From Nitrospirota bacterium (GTDB taxonomy: Bacteria > Nitrospirota > JACRHJ01): 64,000 nucleotides of DNA. Shown here in pieces: positions 19,131-29,116 of the stretch. A model generated the notes under the pieces. That model searched no databases, had not been told where the DNA came from, and worked only from the letters and a program-made list of their open reading frames with translations. Positions within the stretch are counted from its first letter, which is position 1, and each line of letters begins with the position of its first letter. Made by a program: the position numbers and the translations under genes. The stretch lies in assembly GCA_963845245.1 (NCBI GenBank), contig CAWJRJ010000017.1, forward strand, positions 64,001 through 128,000, given 5' to 3'.

Positions 19131-20451
19131 ATGAAAATAAAATTCATATACCCCGAATGGGGAAATTTTCCGCTCTACTACAGGCGGTTCATACACACAC
19201 TCGGGCCTATCACCGTCGCCGGGCTTACGCCTCCGGGGATCGAGACAACGCTTACGGACGAGCGCATCGAGAAGATCGACTTCGACGAGCCGGCCGACAT
19301 GGTCGCCATATCGGCGATGACATGCCAGGCCAAGCGCGCCTACGATATCGCCGACACCTACCGCGCGAAAGGCGTCCCGGTTGTCATGGGCGGGATACAC
19401 CCGTCGCTCTCGCCGGATGAGTCGGCCCTGCATGCGGACGCGGTTGTCGTGGGCGAGGCGGAGGGCACATGGGAGCGGCTTGTCGCCGACTTCCAGGCTG
19501 GAAAGATGGAAAGGTTCTATAAATGCATTGAGCGGCCCAAGATGGAAGAGGTCGCATGGCCCAGGCGCGAGCTGCTCAACGGCAAGGGTTACATACCGAT
19601 GCAGTCTCTCCAGGTCTCGCGCGGCTGCCCGGTGAACTGCGAGTTCTGCTCGGTGCCGGGTCTGTTCGGCACATCCTACCGCGGCAGGCCGGTAAAGGAG
19701 GCCCTTGCCGAGCTTGAGAAGATGGGCCAGTATATCTTCTTCGTGGACGACAACTTCCACCTGGCCAAACGCCGCAGCTATGAGCTGTTCGACGGGCTGG
19801 AAGGCATGGGGAAGAAATGGACCGGGCTTGCGCCGCTGAACGTTGCCCAGGACCCGGAATACGTAAAGAGGCTGGTGAAGTCCGGCTGCTGGCTGCTCTA
19901 CGTGGACGTCGGGCCATGGATGTCGGCGTCGTTCGGCGAGAAGCGCGCGGGCTTTACTACTGCCGAGAAGCACCTCGAGAACATCAAGATACTGCATGAC
20001 GCCGGCATAAAGCTTATCGCGTCGTTCGTATTCGGGTACGACTACGACGACAAGGGCGTGTTCGAGAGGACGGTGGAGTTCGCAAAAAAGACCGGGATAG
20101 AGGAGTGCGAGTTCCTGATACTCACCCCTTACCCGAACACGCGGCTGCACACCAAGCTTTCTGGCAGAGGGCAGGATAATAGACCACGACCTGTCGAAGT
20201 ACACCACTACCAAAGTCGTATACAGGCCCAGGCTGATGACCCCGGACGAACTGTACGAGGGTTATCTGTTCGCCTGGAAGGAGTTCTACTCAAAGGACAT
20301 CGTTGAGGATACAGATGACGGCGTGCTGATAAAGACGATGGCCCAGTTCCCGATAAACCCGTCTGCATTCGACAAAATGATAGACGAACGATACCGGCCG
20401 GAGGACAAGTGGGTCGAGAGCTTCGTGAAAAGGGAACGGCTTGGGTTCTGA
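19131..20451 (+). CDS. B12-binding-domain radical SAM protein (frameshift near 20170)
   Basis: VVMGGIHPS, VVVGEAE, SRGCPVNCEFC, FVDDN, LTPYPNT; C-terminus in ORF 20236-20451. Confidence 0.88.
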
Positions 20452-20472
20452 GGGTTTTCTGTAAAGTCTATA

Positions 20473-20628
20473 TCACTGGGGTAGAGAGCTGTTGATGTAG
20501 CAGTACTTGTTCTGGACCGTGTCCCCGAAATAACCCAGCATCAGGAACACTACAAGCATGACAAAAAGGAGAGTGAAAGCGTATTCCGTAAGTGTCTGGC
20601 CTTTATTGTCTGACAAGTAACTTTTCAT
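20473..20628 (-). CDS. flp: Flp/Fap type IVb pilin (51 aa, absent from ORF track)
   Basis: manual translation MKSYLSDNKG|QTLTEYAFTLLFVMLVVFLMLGYFGDTVQNKYCYINSSLPQ; G|xxxxEY prepilin motif; RBS aaggag. Confidence 0.82.
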   Translation of the reverse strand: MKSYLSDNKGQTLTEYAFTLLFVMLVVFLMLGYFGDTVQNKYCYINSSLPQ

Positions 20629-20786
20629 GCAGAGCTCCTTCATTTAGTTTTTATCATATATATACCATAATTATCTTAAATATGCAAAAATTAGCTGGAT
20701 GCCAGGCCTGATTGGAGAAGCACGTCATTTTTCTCTTGCGGGTAGAGCCATAAGGCAATAGAATATCTCACACTACACAATTCATA

Positions 20787-21335
20787 GTGAGGCTCAACGT
20801 GAAAGAACTATTGAACGGGCAGGTCGTTTACCACGCCGGGTTCGGGACCGGCAGGGTTGTAAACCTCGACGGGGAGCGTGTTATAGTCAACTTCGTAAAG
20901 GTTGGCGCGAAGTTCTTCACTCATTCCACCGCCGAGGCCGAGCTTTCATTCGAACCTTTTGAAGATGACGAAGCCGATGACGCGCTGGACACCGACGAAC
21001 TGAAGAATGCCATCCGTGAGGTGCTTCGGGAAGAGGGCCTTATCGGAACAATCGACCTCGGCGAAAAATGGGATGGCGGCGAGATGCTGCTGAAGCCCGG
21101 CAAGGCTGGTTTACAGGAGAAGTCGGTGCCGATTGAAACTTTCTTTCACAAGATAGTGATGGTCAGGAACAACCTGCGTGTCCTTGAGCAGAACATAAAT
21201 GCCTCCGAGAAGCTCACTGACGAGGACAAGGTCAACCTCCAGCAGTATATAACCCGCTGTTATGGCTCGCTCACTACGTTCAATATGCTTTTCGCCGACA
21301 AAAAGGACTGGTTCGTAGGGGCAAAGAAGGACTAA
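20787..21335 (+). CDS. conserved hypothetical protein
   Basis: N-terminal VYHAGFGTGRV SH3/Tudor-like segment; C-terminal PIETFFHKIVMVR..LQQYITRCYGSLTTFN. Confidence 0.8.
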   Translation: MRLNVKELLNGQVVYHAGFGTGRVVNLDGERVIVNFVKVGAKFFTHSTAEAELSFEPFEDDEADDALDTDELKNAIREVLREEGLIGTIDLGEKWDGGEMLLKPGKAGLQEKSVPIETFFHKIVMVRNNLRVLEQNINASEKLTDEDKVNLQQYITRCYGSLTTFNMLFADKKDWFVGAKKD

Positions 21336-21356
21336 CCTATATTATACGGAGGACGT

Positions 21357-22106
21357 TTGATGTTTTGTCCTGTATGCGGTTCCAAAATATATAAAGGCGC
21401 AAAGTACTGCACAAAATGCGGCCTGAGGTTATTGCCCGACGACGTCCCTCCTCCTCCGCTTAAACCCGTCCATATTCCGGAAGAGGATGAAGAAGCAAAG
21501 AAAAAGGAATTGCTGATTGCCAACGTGAGGATGAAACCCGTAACATCAATTGCAAACCTGCTGTCTATCTTTTACTTTGTCCTGGTCCTGTTGATGTTCT
21601 ATAAACTACACCCGCGTACGGATAATATGCTGGTGACTTTTGTCCAGTGCATAGGATACTCCTCTCCTGTATTGTTTCTGGCGGTCCTGTACAACTCTAT
21701 AAAAGGCAAGGCTGAATTTGTCCGCAGTCTCTCGTTCGTAGTAACGGTATTTTTCATAATGTTAACTATACTTGGCGAGATGGGCAGGTATGGCGTGGCT
21801 GGCGGTAGGTTGGCGAACTTCGTCTCGCTTGAAGAAAGTTGGATGGGCGTAAATTGCCAGTACGTCAACTGTAATTCAAACCAGGATATAAAGGAATCTT
21901 TGATCGACCTTGAGTCAGGCGGGGAGTTTCATCTTGTCATGCCATTGCCTATGAAAAAGGTGTACCTTGTAGACCCTGCCATTGCAAGTATTGACGTATT
22001 AACTCCGACAGATGCAAGGGTGACAGGAAAATCCAAAGGCAGTACCGTGCTTGCAGTATGGGATCTCTCTGGGAAGGAGACCCGGTTTAAGGTAGAGGTA
22101 AAGTGA
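21357..22106 (+). CDS. zinc-ribbon membrane protein with C-terminal pilus-assembly (RcpA/CpaC N-terminal-like) domain
   Basis: CPVCG..CTKCG, three TM segments, DPAIASIDVLTP..VTGKSKGSTVLAVWD. Confidence 0.65.
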   Translation: MMFCPVCGSKIYKGAKYCTKCGLRLLPDDVPPPPLKPVHIPEEDEEAKKKELLIANVRMKPVTSIANLLSIFYFVLVLLMFYKLHPRTDNMLVTFVQCIGYSSPVLFLAVLYNSIKGKAEFVRSLSFVVTVFFIMLTILGEMGRYGVAGGRLANFVSLEESWMGVNCQYVNCNSNQDIKESLIDLESGGEFHLVMPLPMKKVYLVDPAIASIDVLTPTDARVTGKSKGSTVLAVWDLSGKETRFKVEVK

Positions 22107-22118
22107 CGGCCAACTTAT

Positions 22119-22727
22119 TTACTTCAGCCGCTCTATTCTCAAAACAGGGTGCAGCTCGATGTCGTTCTTTGCGCGGCCTTCCTGAAAATGCGGGATATCC
22201 ACGAATGCAACGCCGGTGAGCCTGAAAAGCCCCCCACGTGTCCCGTGCCTCTTTCCGTCCTGATTTATCTTGCCGTCCCTCGTGCCAGACTTCCTGAACT
22301 CATCCCAGACACGCCGGAACTCCATTGCGTATGGCGAGTCTTTGACGTTCGGGCAGTCCGGGTTCGGCACTTCGGCAATCAACGTATACTTTGGATATTT
22401 CGGGTCGGAGACGACAAGGTTTAAGTCATCGTCTTCCTCGGCGATGCTGTATGACTTTATCCTGCAGACTACCTCGTAGGTATTGAACTCGTGCCCCTGC
22501 CTGCCGGACTCTATGGGATAAGGGTAGATTTTAGTCTTGATACTGACAAGCCTTCTGACCGTAGTCTTCTTCGGTCTGAAGTTTATCTTTTTTGTGCCGG
22601 GGTCTTTCAGGGTCTTTACAGCCCAGCGTGTGGAAGGCAGGCATATAAGTGCTTGTGCGCTGGTGGTCGTCAATAACAGGCAGAGGACCGCAATAGATGC
22701 GAACCAGATTTTTATGTTTGTCCTCAT
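22119..22727 (-). CDS. secreted hypothetical protein
   Basis: signal peptide; RWAVKT, DDDLNLVV, IAEVP..C, IELHPV. Confidence 0.7.
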   Translation of the reverse strand: MRTNIKIWFASIAVLCLLLTTTSAQALICLPSTRWAVKTLKDPGTKKINFRPKKTTVRRLVSIKTKIYPYPIESGRQGHEFNTYEVVCRIKSYSIAEEDDDLNLVVSDPKYPKYTLIAEVPNPDCPNVKDSPYAMEFRRVWDEFRKSGTRDGKINQDGKRHGTRGGLFRLTGVAFVDIPHFQEGRAKNDIELHPVLRIERLK

Positions 22728-22809
22728 GCCATAAATATAACATTAATCCGCGGATAAGGCAGGCATGTGTAAGCATAAAAGGCCCGGTTTCAGCCGGGCC
22801 CCCAAGGTT

Positions 22810-23385
22810 CTATGCGTTTATTTTCTTAAGCAACCAGGCCATGTTCTGGCCCAAGGTACGCATAGTCTCGATGCCCTCGCGGTCGTTGTCCACCTCGCCC
22901 TTTTCGCGGCCTATGCCTATGTTCCAGTAACTGGAGCCCGGGATTATCATCTGGTTTATCGTAAAAAAGTGGTTCATCGTGTCAAAGACATGGATCGCGC
23001 CCGCACGCCTTACGGCAACGATTGCCGCCCCTACCTTCCGTATCAGCAGATGGTCATTTGCCCTCGACACCATCCCGGCACGGTCCATGGTGGCCTTTAT
23101 CTCTGAGCTGACGTCGGCGAAATAGGTGGGTGAGCCTAGTATTATGCCGTCGGATGCGACCATTTTGTCTATGCATTCGTTCAGAACGTCGCCCTTCACG
23201 GCGCAATGCCCGTCCTTGTTCTTGAAGCATTTGAAGCAGGCGGTGCAGCCCCGTATCTTCCTGCCGGACAGCTGGTAGAGTTCGGTCTCGATACCTTCTT
23301 TCTCAAGCTCTTCGAACACGAATTTGATAAGGGACGCAGTATTGCCGTCTTTACGCGCGCTTCCGTTGAATGCAGTGACTTTCAT
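22810..23385 (-). CDS. iron-sulfur flavoprotein / flavodoxin-family protein
   Basis: NGSARKDGNT, GCTACFKC..C, LGSPTYF. Confidence 0.9.
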   Translation of the reverse strand: MKVTAFNGSARKDGNTASLIKFVFEELEKEGIETELYQLSGRKIRGCTACFKCFKNKDGHCAVKGDVLNECIDKMVASDGIILGSPTYFADVSSEIKATMDRAGMVSRANDHLLIRKVGAAIVAVRRAGAIHVFDTMNHFFTINQMIIPGSSYWNIGIGREKGEVDNDREGIETMRTLGQNMAWLLKKINA

Positions 23386-23403
23386 GACGCCTCTCCCTCC
23401 ATT

Positions 23404-24861
23404 TTACGCGCCCGCGTTTCCAGGTCCAGCCGGGATAATCAGGGTGAAAACGCTCCCTTTTCCCTCGGTGCTTTCAAGCTCGACACTGCCGCCGTGCGCC
23501 AAGGCAATTGACTTGACTATAGCCAGCCCCAGGCCGCTGCCCTTGGTCCCTTTGGAGCTTCTTGAACGGTAATATTTCTGGAATATCCTGTCCCTTTCGC
23601 TTTCGGGTATGCCTGGCCCAGTATCGGAAAACGAGACGGCGACGGAGTCGACACCATCCACCATTCGTTTCTCGGCGTTAATGGTGACAGTTCCGCCTGC
23701 ACGCGTATATTTTAGGGCATTCTGGAGCAGGTTGCAGCAGGCACGCCGGATAAGGTTTCTGTCTACCCTGGCCGTGGCCACACCATTGCCGATATCCCGT
23801 ATCAGGGTGATACCCTTGTTTGCAGCAGCAAGCATGTATTCGCCGAACACGCTTTCAATAAGCTCGTGCATGGATTCTTTCGATTTTAAAATCTCTAACC
23901 TGGAATGCTCGATTGCCGAAAATGTCATGAAGTCTTCCATCATGTTTGACAGCATAAGGCTGCTGCTGTCTATCTTTTTTATCATCTCCAGGAGGTCTTT
24001 ATTAGCGCTGTCTTTGTATAGTTCCATGATGACCTGTGTATAGCCTATTATGCTGGTAAGAGGAGAGCGCAGGTCATGTGTTATCATCGCGTAGAAATCC
24101 TCTTTCTCGCGTTCCAATGTCTTCCGCTCTGTTATGTCCTGTACGGTGCCTATTATGGCCGGCCTGCCGTTGAAAACGGTGCCGGCCCCGTAGCTTTCTA
24201 TGTCCGCAAGTGTTCCGTCTTTTCTGATGTAGTGATAATTGTGGCAGATACTTTTCTCGGCGCCGGTTGAAAGTTTCTCGATGTTTGACCGTACAAGTTC
24301 TTTGTCCTCTGGCGCAATAATCTTCAACGGTGATACATTGTAAAACTCTTCCGCCGAATAGCCCGAGATTTCAGAGATCCTCGGGTTGGCATAAACAAGT
24401 CTGCCGTCCTGGATTATAAACACACCGATGGGCGCGCCCTCTACCAGGCTCCTGAATTTTTCTTCTGACTCCTTCAGGGCTTCGTTCAGCTTCCGCCGTT
24501 CGGTAACGTCCCGTACTACTTCTACGCCGGCATATATATTTCCTGCCTCGTCCATGAGAGGGGAGGTTGTTTTCTCCACAAAAAACTTCCTGCCATTTTG
24601 TTCGGCGGCCTTTTCCTGCTTGTGAGTTTTACCGTCGGCAAAGGTGAGTGCAAGCGTACAACCCGGGCAGACAGACTCTCTCTCTCCGTAGGCGCTATAG
24701 CAGAATTCACCGACATGTTCGCCTGTGAGCTTTTTCTGGGCGTTGTTCTGATAGATTATCCTGAAATCCCTGTCCTGGATGGTTATACCATCGCCCAGGT
24801 TCTCAAGGACTTCATCGTATTTGCATTTTTCATGCACAGGCGGACCCATTATCTGTTTCAT
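23404..24861 (-). CDS. cytoplasmic PAS-PAS sensor histidine kinase
   Basis: two PAS domains; H box THDLRSPL, N box NLLQNALKY, DTGPGI, GSGLGL. Confidence 0.93.
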   Translation of the reverse strand: MKQIMGPPVHEKCKYDEVLENLGDGITIQDRDFRIIYQNNAQKKLTGEHVGEFCYSAYGERESVCPGCTLALTFADGKTHKQEKAAEQNGRKFFVEKTTSPLMDEAGNIYAGVEVVRDVTERRKLNEALKESEEKFRSLVEGAPIGVFIIQDGRLVYANPRISEISGYSAEEFYNVSPLKIIAPEDKELVRSNIEKLSTGAEKSICHNYHYIRKDGTLADIESYGAGTVFNGRPAIIGTVQDITERKTLEREKEDFYAMITHDLRSPLTSIIGYTQVIMELYKDSANKDLLEMIKKIDSSSLMLSNMMEDFMTFSAIEHSRLEILKSKESMHELIESVFGEYMLAAANKGITLIRDIGNGVATARVDRNLIRRACCNLLQNALKYTRAGGTVTINAEKRMVDGVDSVAVSFSDTGPGIPESERDRIFQKYYRSRSSKGTKGSGLGLAIVKSIALAHGGSVELESTEGKGSVFTLIIPAGPGNAGA

Positions 24862-25055
24862 TTGTCATCGATATTATTACTTCTTTCTTGATATCATAAT
24901 AATCAAACTAAATGAAATGTAAAGCAATTATTGCACAATGGGTGCAAACCTGTACTTTAAGACAGTATGCGGTTGAATAGTTATTAATTATATCAAAATC
25001 TGGCGCAAGTGTTTATATAGACTTGGGAGGTGTTCAAGGCTGGTTTTAAGATGTG

Positions 25056-25087
25056 ATATAAAAGGGCCGTTTCCGGCCCTTTTATAT
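25056..25087. terminator. bidirectional intrinsic terminator
   Basis: atataaaagggccg-tttc-cggcccttttatat. Confidence 0.8.
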
Positions 25088-25101
25088 TGTATGCTTTTTT
25101 G

Positions 25102-25680
25102 TCAGAACTTTACATGATACATGCAAGCGTTTCCGTCGATCTTTTTATCGATCTCTTCCTGTGTCATACTCACACGGCTCGTGCCCTCCGTCGCATAGAC
25201 GACTTTGCCTGAGGCGAGGGACCTGCATGCGACCTGGTACACAAGCATCCGGCCTCCGTTGACCTTGATGCTCTCTCCGACCTGCTCGCGTATCACCTGG
25301 TGCACAATGCAGAAAGGGTGGATAATCGCCCCTTTTGATTTATATAGCGCTACGTACTTCTGCACCACCTCGAGATAATATTTGGGGAGCTTGCCATCTT
25401 CCTTGAGAGATTCCACAAGCTTTCCCATCGGGCATTTTTTAAGTACGAAAACATTGCCATCCCTTAAAGAACTTCCTTCAAGGGCTTCAAGGGGTGAACC
25501 GCCTCTGTCATGGGCGTCTATAAACTCTTGTGTGCTTTTATAGCTCTTCAGGTCCATTTCCTTTATTATGAGGTTTGCCATTGCCTGAAGGTCGTGCAGG
25601 ATGGCCCCGAACATCTTCTTTTCCGGGGGTATGACTTTTAGAGCCCAGTCCTTGGTCAGTTTTTTCTCCAGAAGCGACAT
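25102..25680 (-). CDS. hypothetical protein with CP..C..H..C..C pattern (possible V4R-like ligand-binding fold)
   Basis: KKCPM, PFCIVH, VACR, NACMY; start at ATG 25680 inferred. Confidence 0.6.
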   Translation of the reverse strand: MSLLEKKLTKDWALKVIPPEKKMFGAILHDLQAMANLIIKEMDLKSYKSTQEFIDAHDRGGSPLEALEGSSLRDGNVFVLKKCPMGKLVESLKEDGKLPKYYLEVVQKYVALYKSKGAIIHPFCIVHQVIREQVGESIKVNGGRMLVYQVACRSLASGKVVYATEGTSRVSMTQEEIDKKIDGNACMYHVKF

Positions 25681-25919
25681 GACTTCCACCTTTCCTGCTT
25701 TTGATGAATGCAAGGGTTAAGTAAAATGGAGCAAAACTCTAAGCCTAATGCATTATAACAATGCAATTAAAAAGGTCAAGAATAAAGTAGGATTAGTTAA
25801 TAGGAGCAATCATGCTTTGGAGGGGGCGCGCTTTCTCCTGGTTAGCTTATGCTGAACAGCCACCATCTTGCACTGCTTTTCTCGTCACGACCGGGGTTAA
25901 GGCTTCATCTACGAACCGT

Positions 25920-26363
25920 TCACGCTTGATCGCCATATTGTCCTTTGCGGCTTGCAGTGTAGCCCTTAAACTTGAGATAGTCGGCGAGCTCCTTGTCAGC
26001 CCTCTTTATGTGGTTCAGCAGCCATTCGACCGCTACATTGTTTGTGCGCTCGATCATTGCCGCGGAGCCTCCCTCTTCGTCGAACTGTTTACTGAGCCCC
26101 TGGATGTCCAGTATGAAACTCTCGTGCATCGCCTTATGCAGGGGATAACCGGGATAAGAGTAGTGCAGTTGGATGTTTTCTTCCGCGGTGAAGTGTATCA
26201 CTATGTAGTCTTCGAGGAACTTCAGGACGTCTCCCACCACGTCCAGGGCCTTGCCCTCCTGGCATGCTGCAAGCAGCGCATTAATGCGCCTGAACAGTTC
26301 CTTGTGCTGTTCGTCGATAGCCCTGATGCCTGTGTTGAGGTCGTCCGACCACTCGATCTCCAT
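25920..26363 (-). CDS. bacteriohemerythrin
   Basis: W....TGI..IDEQHKEL, HFTAEE, HKAMH, WLLNHIKRAD; RBS ggagg. Confidence 0.92.
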   Translation of the reverse strand: MEIEWSDDLNTGIRAIDEQHKELFRRINALLAACQEGKALDVVGDVLKFLEDYIVIHFTAEENIQLHYSYPGYPLHKAMHESFILDIQGLSKQFDEEGGSAAMIERTNNVAVEWLLNHIKRADKELADYLKFKGYTASRKGQYGDQA

Positions 26364-26392
26364 GAATAACCTCCTGCAATGCATTTGAACAT

Positions 26393-27175
26393 TTATTTTT
26401 TGTCTGCGCCCAAAGGGTCGCGTATTATACCTTTACCGCCTGATTCCTGATGCCCAGTATCCTTGAAGAGAGACAATAAATATTTCTTTAACGAGGCCCA
26501 AAATCCGAGTTCTTCCCCATTTTCCGCCTTACGTTTCTCGGTAATCCCTCTCTCTTCTTTGACGAGTCTTTCTTTTGTAGCGGGTTTTTTGTAGCCGACC
26601 TTCTCCGCGTTCTCCTTCTTAGCGACTTCAACGCGATCCCTTTTTGTAGGTTTTTTGTCGGTCACAGGTTTTACCGGTTCGTTTGCTTTGGCCAGCTCGA
26701 GGTTCCGCTTCCCACCAAAAATCAAATCAGCTCCTTCCGGTGACATCTTGGCATTGACATCCGCTGTGTTTTTCGACGGAACTGTGTCAATTCTATTTTC
26801 CGTTGTATTAATAAAAAACCATACTGCAAATGAGATAATAATTACAAAGGGTGTAATGTATATAATACTCCGCACGAAGAGCGTTTTACGGCTGGGATGT
26901 TTTCTTCCTGTAGCTTCAACGGTACCTTCTATTTCAGGCGGTTTCTGGGTTAGCGGATGCTTCTCTCCTAAATCATATGCGGCCGCAGAACCTTTTAAAT
27001 TATTGTCTGAAAGTTTAGCCTTGGCTATTTTCAGCTGAGTCACCAGGTTTCGTGAATTAATTTTCAGGGCATTATTATATTCAGCTATGGCTTCTTTATA
27101 GAGGTTATCTTTATATAGAGCATCGCCCTTTTCTATATAAATTTCTTCTTCTGTCTTGTTCTTGTTAGAATTCAT
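26393..27175 (-). CDS. TPR-containing membrane-anchored protein
   Basis: KGDALY..YKEAIAEYNNALKIN TPR; central TM helix; AT-rich. Confidence 0.7.
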   Translation of the reverse strand: MNSNKNKTEEEIYIEKGDALYKDNLYKEAIAEYNNALKINSRNLVTQLKIAKAKLSDNNLKGSAAAYDLGEKHPLTQKPPEIEGTVEATGRKHPSRKTLFVRSIIYITPFVIIISFAVWFFINTTENRIDTVPSKNTADVNAKMSPEGADLIFGGKRNLELAKANEPVKPVTDKKPTKRDRVEVAKKENAEKVGYKKPATKERLVKEERGITEKRKAENGEELGFWASLKKYLLSLFKDTGHQESGGKGIIRDPLGADKK

Positions 27176-27419
27176 TTTTATCGACCTTAATATTGACCTG
27201 TTTACACTATTATACTAGTTCCGGAATCAGAGTCAACGATTACAAGGCGATTGACGGGCCGTGTAAAAATTCTAATCTGCTACCTGCCGACATTGATAGA
27301 GCTATCATTGTAGGGGACTCAAGGTTAATCTCTATACGTGCTATACTCTGTATAAATAAATGCATAATCCTGATAGCGACGGACCTGCATTAAACGGCAC
27401 AGCCTGAAGGAGGATTGCT

Positions 27420-28973
27420 ATGGTTAACTTTAGGGTAGTTGCGTTTGGAATGATATTCCTTTGTTTGTCTGCCGTGCCTTTGATGGCGGAACAGTCAACC
27501 CCTGCCGGTTCCACAGTGCCCACAGTTGCCGAAGCCGACCTGCCGCTTCTCCTGAACTCCTACATGTCGATCGCCGATGAGCGGATCGATGGCATACACA
27601 GAGAACTCAAACTCCTGTCCGACACAAAAGAGGTGAAAAGCGGCGACTGGGATACTATGAAAGGCCTGCTGACAAATCTTGAAAACAGCAGTTTTAATAC
27701 CTCCGTAATCTGGTTTGTGCGCCCGGACGGAGTTTATTATACCGTCGAGGGTGGTCTGGAAAATAAGAAGTTGTCTGACCGTCCTTATTTCCCCGGGCTT
27801 ATGGCTGGCAAAGAAGTTAAAGGATACCTTGTTATCAGCAAGGCCACTGGAAAGAGGTCCGCTATAATTGCGGTACCGGTGAAGGAGAAGGACAAGGTGG
27901 TCGGGGCAATAGGGGTTTCGCTCGATCTGGAGGAGATGAGCAGGATACTCGATGGAAAAATGGGCCTGCCTGACGATATGGTATTTTATGCGCTCAACCA
28001 GGAGGGTCAGAGCTCCTTGCACAGGAATTCCAGCCTGCTGTTTGCCTTCCCCTCCGATGTCGGCAGCAAGACGCTTAAAGAGGCTACCGGTGAGATGCTC
28101 TCAAAACCGCAGGGCACCGTCACGTATGAATATCACGGCGAGAAAAAGATATTTTTCAAGAGGTCGCTGGTCACGGACTGGGTCTTTGCGCTTGGCGTTG
28201 TCGTAGGCAGAGGTGCTACGCAGGCCAGGGATGAGTTGCCATCGATAATACTTTCAGAGCTGCAAAGGGATATAACCGCCAGGTTGAACAAGATGGACGC
28301 CGGCCTTTATGATGCATCCATCGGGCTCTCGGACAAGGAACTGGGAGGGCCGGAGGCAGGCGCGGTACTTCAGATGCTGTGCAGTCTGACTCCGCATGCC
28401 GTTGACTGCGTCACAGTCGACAAGAAAGGCATAATAGTCAATATTGCACCGGAGCAGTACAGTAAGGCTGTCGGGTCGGACATCAGTAGCCAGGGGCATG
28501 TCATAAGCTTTCTCGGGAAGAAAGATCCGGAATTAAGCAGTGTCTTTCGCGCGGTCGAGGGGTTCGATGCAGCCGTCATGTTGCGGCCCGTATTCGACAA
28601 GAATAAAGAGTTAGTCGGTTCGGTGAACATCGTGATCAGGCCTGACATATTCCTGTCCGAGGTCATAACGCCTGTGGTCCACGGGCTGCCCGTAGATATC
28701 TGCGTCCTGCAGAAGGACGGAAGGGTGGTATATGACCCGGACCAGGATGAGATAGGACGGATTCTTTTTACCGACCCGATGTATCAGCCATACCCTGAAC
28801 TGCTCTCTTTTGGGGCTGAAGTCGTCAAAGGGAAAAGCGGGTCAGGCAGCTATACCTTCTTGAGCAAGACCTCAAACAAGGTAGTCAAAAAAGACGCATG
28901 GTGGGACACCGTAGGGATCCACGGCACGGAGTGGCGGATAGTCATAATACAGGAAGCGAAACAGTCCATATAG
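27420..28973 (+). CDS. periplasmic tandem Cache/PDC-domain protein with no output domain
   Basis: signal peptide; LSDRPYF..SKATGK..IAVPV; second repeat YDPDQDEIG..G.G.Y..WRIV. Confidence 0.75.
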   Translation: MVNFRVVAFGMIFLCLSAVPLMAEQSTPAGSTVPTVAEADLPLLLNSYMSIADERIDGIHRELKLLSDTKEVKSGDWDTMKGLLTNLENSSFNTSVIWFVRPDGVYYTVEGGLENKKLSDRPYFPGLMAGKEVKGYLVISKATGKRSAIIAVPVKEKDKVVGAIGVSLDLEEMSRILDGKMGLPDDMVFYALNQEGQSSLHRNSSLLFAFPSDVGSKTLKEATGEMLSKPQGTVTYEYHGEKKIFFKRSLVTDWVFALGVVVGRGATQARDELPSIILSELQRDITARLNKMDAGLYDASIGLSDKELGGPEAGAVLQMLCSLTPHAVDCVTVDKKGIIVNIAPEQYSKAVGSDISSQGHVISFLGKKDPELSSVFRAVEGFDAAVMLRPVFDKNKELVGSVNIVIRPDIFLSEVITPVVHGLPVDICVLQKDGRVVYDPDQDEIGRILFTDPMYQPYPELLSFGAEVVKGKSGSGSYTFLSKTSNKVVKKDAWWDTVGIHGTEWRIVIIQEAKQSI

Positions 28974-28990
28974 GTTTTCGGGTCATTCAT

Positions 28991-29033
28991 AGAAATTGAA
29001 AAGGGGTTACGATTTAATTCGTAGCCCTTTTTT
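28991..29033 (+). terminator. terminator homologous to the tRNA-Lys downstream hairpin (opposite orientation)
   Basis: agaaattgaaaaggggttacgatttaattcgtagccctttttt. Confidence 0.7.
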
Positions 29034-29116
29034 ATTAAGATAATTTAATTATTTATTTGTTAATGCTATTTCACTGTGATAAAGTTCTGCTCATTTACTT
29101 GTTGAAAGGTAATAAT

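Noticed and set aside
25847..25936. 29-aa ORF MAIKRERFVDEALTPVVTRKAVQDGGCSA overlapping the hemerythrin end as a RiPP precursor
   Set aside because: No modifying enzyme nearby; looks more like a gene remnant or chance ORF.
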